A stretch of 29,826 nucleotides of DNA from a virus (lineage: Duplodnaviria > Caudoviricetes). The translations under genes and the position numbers were made by a program. The notes below the pieces were generated by a model, which saw only the letters and a program-made list of their open reading frames with translations, made no database searches and was not told the DNA's origin. Positions 1-7,581 of the stretch are shown here, one piece after another. Within the stretch, counting starts at the first letter, position 1; every line of letters starts with the position of its first letter. The stretch is from positions 1 to 29,826 of IMG/VR virus record IMGVR_UViG_3300032330_001023. One strand, 5' to 3'.

Positions 1-2
1 AT

Positions 3-47
3 GGGGTTGTGATTGGTGATTTAAAAGCACTTAAATCGGGAGCTTGA
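3..47 (+). CDS. 3' end of a gene truncated by the window edge
   Basis: Open frame GVVIGDLKALKSGA* ends at TGA 45-47, just before the next ATG at 52. Confidence 0.35.
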   Translation, partial: GVVIGDLKALKSGA

Positions 48-51
48 AATA

Positions 52-234
52 ATGGATAAAGAACAAATGGAGTTAGCGTACAACCGACTGTCCATGCTGC
101 ACACAGAAACGATGTGTGAGTTGATAGCTACACAAAGACGTATGAATGAGATGTCAAAGTCGTGGTGGTCAATGCTGAAGTTTCGTATCAAGGTCAAGCT
201 CGGTTTGGTAGACATATACGGAGAGTGGAAATGA
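52..234 (+). CDS. Hypothetical phage protein (60 aa)
   Basis: GGGAG at 38-42 upstream; stop overlaps the next start (ATGA 231-234). Confidence 0.7.
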   Translation: MDKEQMELAYNRLSMLHTETMCELIATQRRMNEMSKSWWSMLKFRIKVKLGLVDIYGEWK

Positions 235-428
235 AAGCATACCCAAACAACAGAAGCGAAGGCATGGATTTGCGTGATTACTTTGCAGCGAAGGCTATGC
301 AGGGCTTACTTGCCAATCCTAAACTACAAGAGCAAATATTAAAAACAGGTGGCGCATTTGGTGGTTGGATTGAGGAATCCGCATACGGTATGGCAGACGC
401 AATGATGAAAGCGAGGGGGCAGGGATGA
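231..428 (+). CDS. Conserved small phage protein (GMxLRDYFAAKAMQG family); start reassigned to ATG 231
   Basis: GMDLRDYFAAKAMQGLLA...AYGMADAMMKAR is a recurrent proteobacterial phage motif; GGAG at 221-224; ATGA coupling at both ends. Confidence 0.8.
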   Translation: MKAYPNNRSEGMDLRDYFAAKAMQGLLANPKLQEQILKTGGAFGGWIEESAYGMADAMMKARGQG

Positions 429-664
429 CTGAAAAAGAAATTGTGCGCCTAGCAGAAGAATCAGAGCTGTGGGCGCATAAAGATAGAGAATACGCAGCTA
501 TTGAAAGATTTGCCAACTTAGTCGCAGAAGCAGAGCGCGAAGCGTGTGCCAAAGTGTGTGAAGAACCCGGATGGAATGCTGCAAATTGGTGTGCTAAAGC
601 TATCCGCGCAAGGGGGCTACAAGACATGAATAAACAAGCCGAACAAAACGGGGAGGAGTTATGA
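425..664 (+). CDS. Conserved small phage protein (AEREACAKVCE...CAxAIRARG family)
   Basis: Recognisable recurrent phage motif; ATGA overlaps at both ends. Confidence 0.8.
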   Translation: MTEKEIVRLAEESELWAHKDREYAAIERFANLVAEAEREACAKVCEEPGWNAANWCAKAIRARGLQDMNKQAEQNGEEL

Positions 665-957
665 GCGATTACGACATACATAGCTGCGGGTACTACTGCG
701 ACCGACACGCTTGCATTTTAAGGCAGCGTGACGAGCTGAGAGATAAGATGTTTGAAGAAATCCACACGTCCGAAGGGAGTATACAGATTTCGGACAACAA
801 AGAAGCAGAATCCGCACGAGCATGGGTAGGGCTGACGGATGAAGAGATAGCCGATGTGCACCACGAGATCAAAGTAAAAGGCATGGGGGCGTATAAAACC
901 GAAGACATCTATCGCGCCATTGAAGCCAAGCTAAAGGAGAAGAACGGTGGCTACTAA
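661..957 (+). CDS. Hypothetical phage protein with N-terminal His/Cys cluster and C-terminal WVGLTDEEI...IEAKLKEKN domain
   Basis: GGAGGAG Shine-Dalgarno; HSCGYYCDRHAC at the N-terminus; C-terminal domain shared with the next gene. Confidence 0.8.
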   Translation: MSDYDIHSCGYYCDRHACILRQRDELRDKMFEEIHTSEGSIQISDNKEAESARAWVGLTDEEIADVHHEIKVKGMGAYKTEDIYRAIEAKLKEKNGGY

Positions 958-1180
958 ACAAAGATTGATTGAAGTATTAACAACGGCTATGGAAAAGCCA
1001 GACATAGCAAATGCGCTGATACAGAGGGTGATAAACGAGTTGAATAAAGAATGGGTAGGGCTGACTGATGAGGAAATTAACGACGTGTTTGGTGACTACA
1101 TGGATTCTCTGGATGACGGAGAAGAAGATGATAACTGGGGTTACGAGCGGTTACTTGAAGCCAAGATAAAAGAGAAGAAC
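822..1180 (+). repeat. Dispersed direct repeats within tandem paralogous genes
   Basis: ATGGGTAGGGCTGAC exact at 822-836 and 1051-1065; TTGAAGCCAAGcTAAAgGAGAAGAAC (920-945) versus TTGAAGCCAAGaTAAAaGAGAAGAAC (1155-1180). Confidence 0.85.
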
Positions 1181-1186
1181 ACTTGA
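947..1186 (+). CDS. Hypothetical phage protein with WVGLTDEEI...LEAKIKEKN domain
   Basis: GTG start with GGAGA at 936-940; C-terminus paralogous to 661-957. Confidence 0.8.
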   Translation: MATKQRLIEVLTTAMEKPDIANALIQRVINELNKEWVGLTDEEINDVFGDYMDSLDDGEEDDNWGYERLLEAKIKEKNT

Positions 1187-3144
1187 AAAAACCATACAAA
1201 CGAATCATTGCCGTTGACTTTGAAACACGTTGGTCAAGCAAAGAGTACACGCTGTCGAAGCTGACAACAGAAGAATACATACGAGACGCACGTTTTAAAG
1301 CGTTCGGTGCATGCTTTCGTTACCTTGATGAAGACACAACCACATGGATAACTTATGAAAATTTACCTGATTACATCGCTGAAATTGATTGGAGCACTAC
1401 TGCCGTACTCGCTCATAACGCTATGTTTGATGTATCAATCTTGGACTGGATATACGGTGCTAGTCCTTGTTTTATTTTTGACTCTCTCAGTATGGCCCGT
1501 GCTTTGCGAGGCGTGGAGGTCGGGAATAGTCTTGCAAAACTCGCCGCCGATTTCGGGTTACCAGAGAAGGGAAGAGCCGTACATTCCACAGACGGGTTAT
1601 CCGAGATTCCTGAAAAAGTCGAAGCTGAACTCGCAGCGTACTGTGCGCATGATGTCTTTCTGTGCATCGAGGTTTTCAAGAGGTTGGTCAAAGGATACCC
1701 AGCGAAAGAGCTAATGTTGATCGACATGACGCTAAAGATGTTTACACATCCTACGCTCGAGCTAGACCCCAACATGTTAAGCAGTGCGATACTAGAAGAA
1801 AAGGAAGAACGTGAAGAATTACTTGCGCGTCTTAAAATTGACGATGCCGCGTTGGCTAGTAACCCTAAGTTTGCAAGTTTACTGGAAGCTCTGGGCTGTG
1901 AAGTACCAACTAAAATCAGCAAGACTACAGGCAAAAAGACATTGGCACTTGCGAAAAATGATGCGCATTTCCAAGCGTTACTTACTGGAGAACGAAAAGA
2001 CGTCGCACTCCTATGCCAAGCACGACTGCGAGTTAAATCAACGTTGGAGCGTACGAGAGCGCAGCGATTTTACGACATCGCACAAAGAGGAACGCTCCCA
2101 GTTCCGCTAAACTACTACGGCGCTCATACTGGGCGGTGGTCGGCAAGCAGGGGTAGTGGCATCAACATGCAGAACATGAAGCGTGGGTCGTTCTTGCGCA
2201 AATCCATCCTTGCACCAGATGGTTACATGTTAATTGTCTCTGACCTTGCACAGATCGAGCCGCGTGTACTGGGTTGGTTGGCTGGGTATGACGCGCTGCT
2301 TGATGTGTTTCGCGGTGGGGGTGATGCGTACGCTACCTTCGGTGCGCAGATGTTTAACTTGCCCGGCATGACAAAGGACACACATCCTGTGGAACGGCAG
2401 TCGGCTAAGTCAGCGTTGCTTGGTGCAGGATATAACTTAGGCTGGGCATCGTTTGCAGCGCAGCTACTGACAGGGTTCCTTGGAGCCAAGCCGTTACGCT
2501 ACACAAAGGCAGACGCGAGACAGCTAGGCGTGACAGCGGAGAAGGTGCAAGATTTTCTTGGGTGGCACGTGAACCTAGAGAAGATGCGCGCAATCCCGCA
2601 CACCTGTACAGAACAAGAGCTGTTGGTACATTGCCTAGTTGCTAAAGAGATCATAGACAAGTACCGTAGTGCGGCGCAGCCTGTGGTTGATTTTTGGGCG
2701 ATGTGCCAAGAGTTGATCTTGCGCAGCTTGCGCGATGGGGTAGAATACCAACACAAATGCGTTACATTTAAAGAAGGCGAGATCGTATTACCAAGCGGCT
2801 TATCTTTACGCTACCCTGAGTTAAAGGGGACAGCAGATGAGAGAGGCCGTGTGCAGTGGTCGTATGGTCCTGATGAGAAGAAGTTGTATGGTGGGAAGCT
2901 GACTGAAAACATCGTTCAGGCAGTAGCTCGTTGCATCATGACGGACGGCATGCTTCGCATACAAAAGCGCTATCCTTGTGTGTTAACTGTCCACGATGAA
3001 GTTGCGGTGCTTGTACCTGAAACACACGTTTCAGACGCTTTGCCGTGGGTGCTTGAACAGATGACTACAGTGCCCGACTACATGCCGGGGCTGCCGTTGA
3101 ACGCAGATATAGATGCTGCAAAACGCTATGGAGATGCTAAGTGA
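1183..3144 (+). CDS. polA: Phage DNA polymerase, family A, with 3'-5' exonuclease domain
   Basis: ExoI DFET, ExoII HNAMFD, ExoIII YCAHD; HTGRWS and NMQN; motif A DLAQIEPR; motif B RQSAKSALLGAGY; motif C VHDE. TTG start overlaps the upstream stop. Confidence 0.96.
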   Translation: MKKPYKRIIAVDFETRWSSKEYTLSKLTTEEYIRDARFKAFGACFRYLDEDTTTWITYENLPDYIAEIDWSTTAVLAHNAMFDVSILDWIYGASPCFIFDSLSMARALRGVEVGNSLAKLAADFGLPEKGRAVHSTDGLSEIPEKVEAELAAYCAHDVFLCIEVFKRLVKGYPAKELMLIDMTLKMFTHPTLELDPNMLSSAILEEKEEREELLARLKIDDAALASNPKFASLLEALGCEVPTKISKTTGKKTLALAKNDAHFQALLTGERKDVALLCQARLRVKSTLERTRAQRFYDIAQRGTLPVPLNYYGAHTGRWSASRGSGINMQNMKRGSFLRKSILAPDGYMLIVSDLAQIEPRVLGWLAGYDALLDVFRGGGDAYATFGAQMFNLPGMTKDTHPVERQSAKSALLGAGYNLGWASFAAQLLTGFLGAKPLRYTKADARQLGVTAEKVQDFLGWHVNLEKMRAIPHTCTEQELLVHCLVAKEIIDKYRSAAQPVVDFWAMCQELILRSLRDGVEYQHKCVTFKEGEIVLPSGLSLRYPELKGTADERGRVQWSYGPDEKKLYGGKLTENIVQAVARCIMTDGMLRIQKRYPCVLTVHDEVAVLVPETHVSDALPWVLEQMTTVPDYMPGLPLNADIDAAKRYGDAK

Positions 3145-3812
3145 ACCCAGTAAAAATTAAGTGGTCGCACAGTGCGTTAAAAGATTTTGAAGGCTGCGCA
3201 CGACGTTACCACGAAGTTAAAGTGTTAAAGAAGTTTCCGTTCCAAGACACGGTGCAGACACGCTACGGTAAAGATTTGCACGAAGCCGCAGAGCATTACA
3301 TCAAGAGCGACACACCACTGCCTGAGCAGTTTGCGTTTGTGCAGCCTACGTTGGACTCGTTGAAAGCTAAGACAGGTAGGAAGTTTACTGAGTACGAGAT
3401 GGCGCTAACGGAAGACTTAAATGTCTGTGCATTCGATAGTGAGAATGTGTGGGTACGTGGTATCGCTGACTTAATTATTGTTAATGACGATAACTTTACA
3501 GCGCGAGTGGTGGACTACAAAACCGGTAATGATAGATATCCTGACCGTGACCAGTTAACCCTGATGTCGCTTATGGTGTTTAAACATTTCCCGCATATTA
3601 AAAGTGTGAAGTCGGCGCTGTTATTTGTCGTTAAGAAATCAATGGTAACGCATGAAGTTAACGCTGAAGAGCAAGAACAATTGTGGTGGCGGTATCGTGA
3701 GCGCGTAGCGCGTCTTGCAGCTAGCCATAGTATTGACGTATGGAATCCGAACGCAACGCCGTTATGTGGTTGGTGTCCGGTAACTGATTGTGAACATCAT
3801 CCAAGACATTAG
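3141..3812 (+). CDS. PD-(D/E)XK nuclease, Cas4/RecB-like exonuclease
   Basis: SHSALKDFEGC, GKDLH, RGIAD, DYKTG, QL motifs and C-terminal CGWCPVTDC: the 1+3 Cys arrangement of Fe-S staple nucleases. Confidence 0.88.
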   Translation: MNPVKIKWSHSALKDFEGCARRYHEVKVLKKFPFQDTVQTRYGKDLHEAAEHYIKSDTPLPEQFAFVQPTLDSLKAKTGRKFTEYEMALTEDLNVCAFDSENVWVRGIADLIIVNDDNFTARVVDYKTGNDRYPDRDQLTLMSLMVFKHFPHIKSVKSALLFVVKKSMVTHEVNAEEQEQLWWRYRERVARLAASHSIDVWNPNATPLCGWCPVTDCEHHPRH

Positions 3813-3821
3813 GAGTTTAGT

Positions 3822-4055
3822 ATGGCAACCAGAGACTACAAGAAAGAGTATCAAAGAGATTTACAGACCGGCAAGTCCGGCAAAGATAGTGCCCAGTCAG
3901 AGCGCCAAAGAGCGAGAAAAATGTACGACAAACTGGGCATTGATAGAAGCGGAAAAGACATCGACCACATTAAACCGTTACGCAAAGGTGGCACGTCAAC
4001 CAAAGGTAATTTACGGTTGCGAAGCAAGAGCGTAAACCAAGGGGACAATAAGTAA
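3822..4055 (+). CDS. Small HNH-family endonuclease-like protein
   Basis: DIDHIKPLRKGG...GNLRLRSKSVN (H-N-N core); AGGAG Shine-Dalgarno at 3811-3815. Confidence 0.8.
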   Translation: MATRDYKKEYQRDLQTGKSGKDSAQSERQRARKMYDKLGIDRSGKDIDHIKPLRKGGTSTKGNLRLRSKSVNQGDNK

Positions 4056-5614
4056 TGCAAGTCATTGACAACAAACTATATCTTTTAAAGACGCGGGACC
4101 CTGATAAGTATTCCATCATTCCCAAGCATAAGATAGTCAGTCATAACAACGGCATATACGAAGTAGCAGTACATTTTGGATTAGACGAAGCGCGAGTCCT
4201 GCGCAATCTGGGCGTAAAGAAAGTACCGTCCCCCATTGAGGGTAAGTACGACTGGCCCGGACGCTTTACACCGTTTGTTCATCAACGCGAAACAGCATCT
4301 TTCCTAACGCTAAACAGGCGTGGGTTTGTTTTTTCTGAACCCGGCACAGGCAAGACGCTCTCCGCGTTGTGGGCAGCGGACTACCTGATGAAGATTAAAG
4401 AAGTACGGCGCTGTTTAATTCTGTGCCCGCTGTCCATTATGACTTCGGCGTGGATGCAAGATTTAAACAACAGCATCATTCATCGTAGCTGTATCGTAGC
4501 CCACCATTCACAGGCAGCACGTAGGTTGGAGATGGTCAAGGGTGGGTACGATTTTGTTATTACTAACTACGAAGGCTTGAACTTAATTGCTGATGAGGTA
4601 GTTAAAGACGGCACGTTTGATCTGGTGATTGTCGACGAATGTAATGCGTATAAGAATGTAGGAACACAACGCTTTAAGTCGCTAGCAAAAGTATTAAACC
4701 CACGCACGTATTTGTGGATGATGACAGGTACACCGGCAGCGCAGTCTCCTATGGATGCGTACGGCCTAGCTAAGTTGGTTAACCCCGATGCTGTGCCTAA
4801 GTTTCAAACAGGGTGGCGTGACAAGGTTCTGTACCAAGCAACACGCTTTAAGTGGATACCCAAACCAACGGCAGGTGCGGACGTGCACGAAGCGTTGCAA
4901 CCCGCTATTCGGTTTACAAAAGCGCAGTGCCTTGATCTACCCCCAGTTATTACTGTCACGCGTGAAGTCCCAATGACAGCGCAGCAAGCTAAGTATTACA
5001 AGCTGTTAAAGGATCGCATGGTGATGCAAGCCGCAGGAGAGACCATCACCGCAGTTAACGCAGCCGCAGGTGTGAACAAGCTATTACAGATTAGCGCGGG
5101 AGCAGCGTACACCGACAACCAAGAAGTTGTTACCTTTGACTGCGCCCCGCGCTTGAATGTTTTACTGGAAGTGCTAGAAGAAACAAACCGTAAAGTGTTG
5201 GTGTTTGCTCCATATCGCCACAGTATTGATACGATATATGATTATTTGCAAAAGAATAATATTGAATGTATGCAAATACACGGCGATGTGTCAGCGTCTA
5301 AGCGCACATCAATTTTTAAACAGTTCCAGACTACCGAGTCACCTCGTGTACTAGTCATTCAGCCTCAGTCAGCAGCGCATGGGGTCACACTAACCGCAGC
5401 AGATACGGTGGTGTTTTGGGGGCCTGTCATGAGTGTAGAAACATATCTACAATGCTGCGCTCGTACTGATCGTGTTGGTCAGAACTCAGACAAGGTGACT
5501 GTCGTGCACATCGAGGGTAGTGATTTGGAAAAGAAGATGTTTAGGAAATTGGCAAGCCGCGTGGACGAACACGCGGGACTAGTTAAATTATATGAAGAAG
5601 AGCTTGCATCTTAA
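4055..5614 (+). CDS. SNF2-family (SF2) helicase/ATPase
   Basis: Walker A EPGTGKT, Ia ILCPLS, II VDECN, III MTGTP, V HGVTLTAAD, VI QCCARTDRVGQ. Confidence 0.93.
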   Translation: MQVIDNKLYLLKTRDPDKYSIIPKHKIVSHNNGIYEVAVHFGLDEARVLRNLGVKKVPSPIEGKYDWPGRFTPFVHQRETASFLTLNRRGFVFSEPGTGKTLSALWAADYLMKIKEVRRCLILCPLSIMTSAWMQDLNNSIIHRSCIVAHHSQAARRLEMVKGGYDFVITNYEGLNLIADEVVKDGTFDLVIVDECNAYKNVGTQRFKSLAKVLNPRTYLWMMTGTPAAQSPMDAYGLAKLVNPDAVPKFQTGWRDKVLYQATRFKWIPKPTAGADVHEALQPAIRFTKAQCLDLPPVITVTREVPMTAQQAKYYKLLKDRMVMQAAGETITAVNAAAGVNKLLQISAGAAYTDNQEVVTFDCAPRLNVLLEVLEETNRKVLVFAPYRHSIDTIYDYLQKNNIECMQIHGDVSASKRTSIFKQFQTTESPRVLVIQPQSAAHGVTLTAADTVVFWGPVMSVETYLQCCARTDRVGQNSDKVTVVHIEGSDLEKKMFRKLASRVDEHAGLVKLYEEELAS

Positions 5615-5632
5615 AAAAGCCGGTTGTAAAAT
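5604..5632 (+). promoter_or_regulatory. Putative sigma70-type promoter
   Basis: TTGCAT (5604-5609), 17-nt spacer, TAAAAT (5627-5632) at one of the few intergenic gaps, upstream of ATG 5669. Confidence 0.5.
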
Positions 5633-5668
5633 GTTTGACAGCAGTACCCAACCACATGGAGCTAAAAA

Positions 5669-6073
5669 ATGAATACAGAACTTGTCCCAATGGATAAGCT
5701 CGCTAAGGTCTACCTAAAAATTAGGACTGCCAAGGCAGAGCTGACTTCACAGTATGAAGAAGAACTAGCAACACTCGACAAGCAGGAAGATGAGATCGAG
5801 AACGCTATGAAAACGCAGATGATGGCGCTTGGTACGAAGTCGATGAAGACTGATGCCGGCACCGTTATGCTCGGAACCAAAACACGGTATACCACCCAAG
5901 ATTGGGGTTCGTTCAAAGAGTTTATTATCCAGAACGATGCCGTAGACCTTCTGGAGAGGCGCATTGCACAACGCAACATGGCGCAGTTCCTTGAAGAAAA
6001 CCCAGCGTTAGTACCGCCGGGGCTTAACTCTGATACGGTGTATCAGATCAGTGTTCGTAAACCTACTAAATGA
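5669..6073 (+). CDS. Conserved phage replication-module protein (N-terminal coiled coil plus small alpha/beta domain)
   Basis: GGAG upstream; coiled coil followed by SMKTDAGTV...DW..F...LLERRIAQ...PPG, typical of proteins encoded next to phage SSB genes. Function not determined. Confidence 0.8.
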   Translation: MNTELVPMDKLAKVYLKIRTAKAELTSQYEEELATLDKQEDEIENAMKTQMMALGTKSMKTDAGTVMLGTKTRYTTQDWGSFKEFIIQNDAVDLLERRIAQRNMAQFLEENPALVPPGLNSDTVYQISVRKPTK

Positions 6074-6080
6074 GTCTATT

Positions 6081-6989
6081 ATGTCTAACATTATTGAATT
6101 TAACCCTTCGTCAGTCCCTTCATTCGTCAAACGCGGTGAGTTGTCAGCAGTTGCTAAAGCCCTAGCAGGTGGAGGCGTTGGTGGTGGCAAACGTATTTCT
6201 ATTAAAGGCGGTGTATTCCGTCTGATTTCTAATGGCGAAGAAGTTGCAGCCATTGATGAGCGCTACCTTGATGTAGTTATCGTTAACGCAGCCCCGAAAG
6301 TGTCACGCACTTTCTACATGGGTAAGTACGAAGAAGGTAATACATCAGCCCCGACTTGTTGGTCTGCTGATGGCGAGCGTCCTGACGCAAAAGCTGAAAA
6401 CCCACAGAGCAGCACATGCGCTACCTGCCCACAGAACATCGCGGGTTCAGGAGACGGCACTAGCCGCGCATGCCGTTACAGTCAGCGTCTGGCTGTTGTA
6501 CTAGAGAACGATCTGAATGGCGACGTTATGCAGTTGGCGTTACCTGCGCAGTCAATCTTTGGTAAGGAAGAAGGTAAGAATCGCCCCCTGCAAGCGTACG
6601 CTCGTTATATGACGGCGATGGGCGCGGGTCCTGATGCAGTTGTTACGCGTCTGCGTTTTGATACGAAGGCTCCGGTTCCGAAGCTGTTCTTTGAAGCGAA
6701 GCGTTGGTTGACTGATGATGAGTTTGCGGTGTCTACCGAGAAGGGTCAGACCCGCGAAGCATTAAACGCAGTTACGATGACTGTGGCACAAACCGATACT
6801 AAAGTTGTGTCGCCGTCTGAAGTAGCAGGTGCGGTACCGAAAGCCGTAAAGAAAGCCAAGCCAAAAGTTGAAGAAGACGATGGTGACGAGCCAACAGTAC
6901 GCAAAGAAGCAGTCGTTGGTAAGAACGTTCCTAAAGGCGGCGCTGATTTAAACAAATTAGTCGACGCTTGGGACGAGACAGACGACTAA
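6081..6989 (+). CDS. Putative ssDNA-binding/annealing protein with Cys4 metal site; start likely ATG 6081
   Basis: Beta-rich core; PTCWS...CATCP...ACR; Lys/Glu-rich flexible linker and acidic end WDETDD. Function is inferred. Confidence 0.65.
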   Translation: MSNIIEFNPSSVPSFVKRGELSAVAKALAGGGVGGGKRISIKGGVFRLISNGEEVAAIDERYLDVVIVNAAPKVSRTFYMGKYEEGNTSAPTCWSADGERPDAKAENPQSSTCATCPQNIAGSGDGTSRACRYSQRLAVVLENDLNGDVMQLALPAQSIFGKEEGKNRPLQAYARYMTAMGAGPDAVVTRLRFDTKAPVPKLFFEAKRWLTDDEFAVSTEKGQTREALNAVTMTVAQTDTKVVSPSEVAGAVPKAVKKAKPKVEEDDGDEPTVRKEAVVGKNVPKGGADLNKLVDAWDETDD

Positions 6990-6994
6990 ACAGA

Positions 6995-7144
6995 GTCGGT
7001 ATGGGCCAACGTAGCATCGACACATACGCCGGATAATCGTAACCGGCACCATGTAAAGCCCAGCCGGAGGTGGCGAATAACACCGGCAGTGGGGGCTAGG
7101 GCTTATAAGTGTGACATTGAACTTTCCTACCTTAGTGACCCCAC
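6995..7144 (+). ncRNA. Candidate structured RNA or ssDNA element (3-4 hairpins)
   Basis: GCCGG/CCGGC stems at 7028-7047 and 7063-7087; GTGGGG-GCTAGGG (7089-7101) pairs with CCTTAGT-GA-CCCCAC (7130-7144); weaker stem 6995-7021. Confidence 0.45.
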
Positions 7145-7165
7145 ATTCTCAACTACTAGACACCT

Positions 7166-7444
7166 ATGCCATACGCACATACAGTTATAGACAGGATAAT
7201 GAAAGCACCTAAGACGCTCGGCAACCAAGTCGGACGCTATGCTATTCATTTAGATGTTCCTGTGACTTTGATTTCCGGTGCGACAGGAGCAACACGGCAG
7301 ACCGTTTACAACTGGTTCTCAGGCGGTGAGGTACTACAACCTTATCGCGCCGCTGTTTCGTCGCTTTTACAAATACTACAATCCTCCCCAACACGCGAGG
7401 AAGCACGGAGAAGAATATGTTCAACGTTCAATTTAGCCAGTTAA
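7166..7444 (+). CDS. Cro/XRE-like helix-turn-helix protein
   Basis: VTLISGATGATRQTVYNWFSG fits an HTH recognition-helix pattern. Confidence 0.8.
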   Translation: MPYAHTVIDRIMKAPKTLGNQVGRYAIHLDVPVTLISGATGATRQTVYNWFSGGEVLQPYRAAVSSLLQILQSSPTREEARRRICSTFNLAS

Positions 7445-7566
7445 CAGATAAAGAACTTGTGCGGTACGCAGACATAATGCTTTCAGAAGGTAAGCTGCCT
7501 GTGGACTGGCAAGAAGAAATAATTAAACGCCTCGAGACTTTAGTTAACCCAACAACCGGACGCTAA
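7417..7566 (+). CDS. Small hypothetical protein (49 aa), not in the ORF track
   Basis: MFNVQFSQLTDKELVRYADIMLSEGKLPVDWQEEIIKRLETLVNPTTGR*; GGAG at 7407-7410; fills the gap between the HTH and primase genes. Confidence 0.7.
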   Translation: MFNVQFSQLTDKELVRYADIMLSEGKLPVDWQEEIIKRLETLVNPTTGR

Positions 7567-7581
7567 TATATGGGAGCGTTA

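Noticed and set aside
162-230. Extended N-terminus of the 162..428 ORF
   Set aside because: Overlaps the upstream gene; ATG 231 has a Shine-Dalgarno and ATGA coupling.
3141-3812. CRISPR-Cas system suggested by the Cas4-like gene
   Set aside because: No cas1/cas2 or effector genes and no repeat-spacer array seen; solo Cas4-like nucleases are common in phage replication modules.
3790-4035. Alternative 81-aa + strand ORF
   Set aside because: Overlaps the HNH ORF, which has the better Shine-Dalgarno and a recognisable motif.
7028-7088. Mini-CRISPR array, tRNA or known self-cleaving ribozyme
   Set aside because: Only two units with different loops and a 14-nt gap; no cloverleaf or T-loop; I could not fit hammerhead, twister, pistol or HDV consensus by eye.
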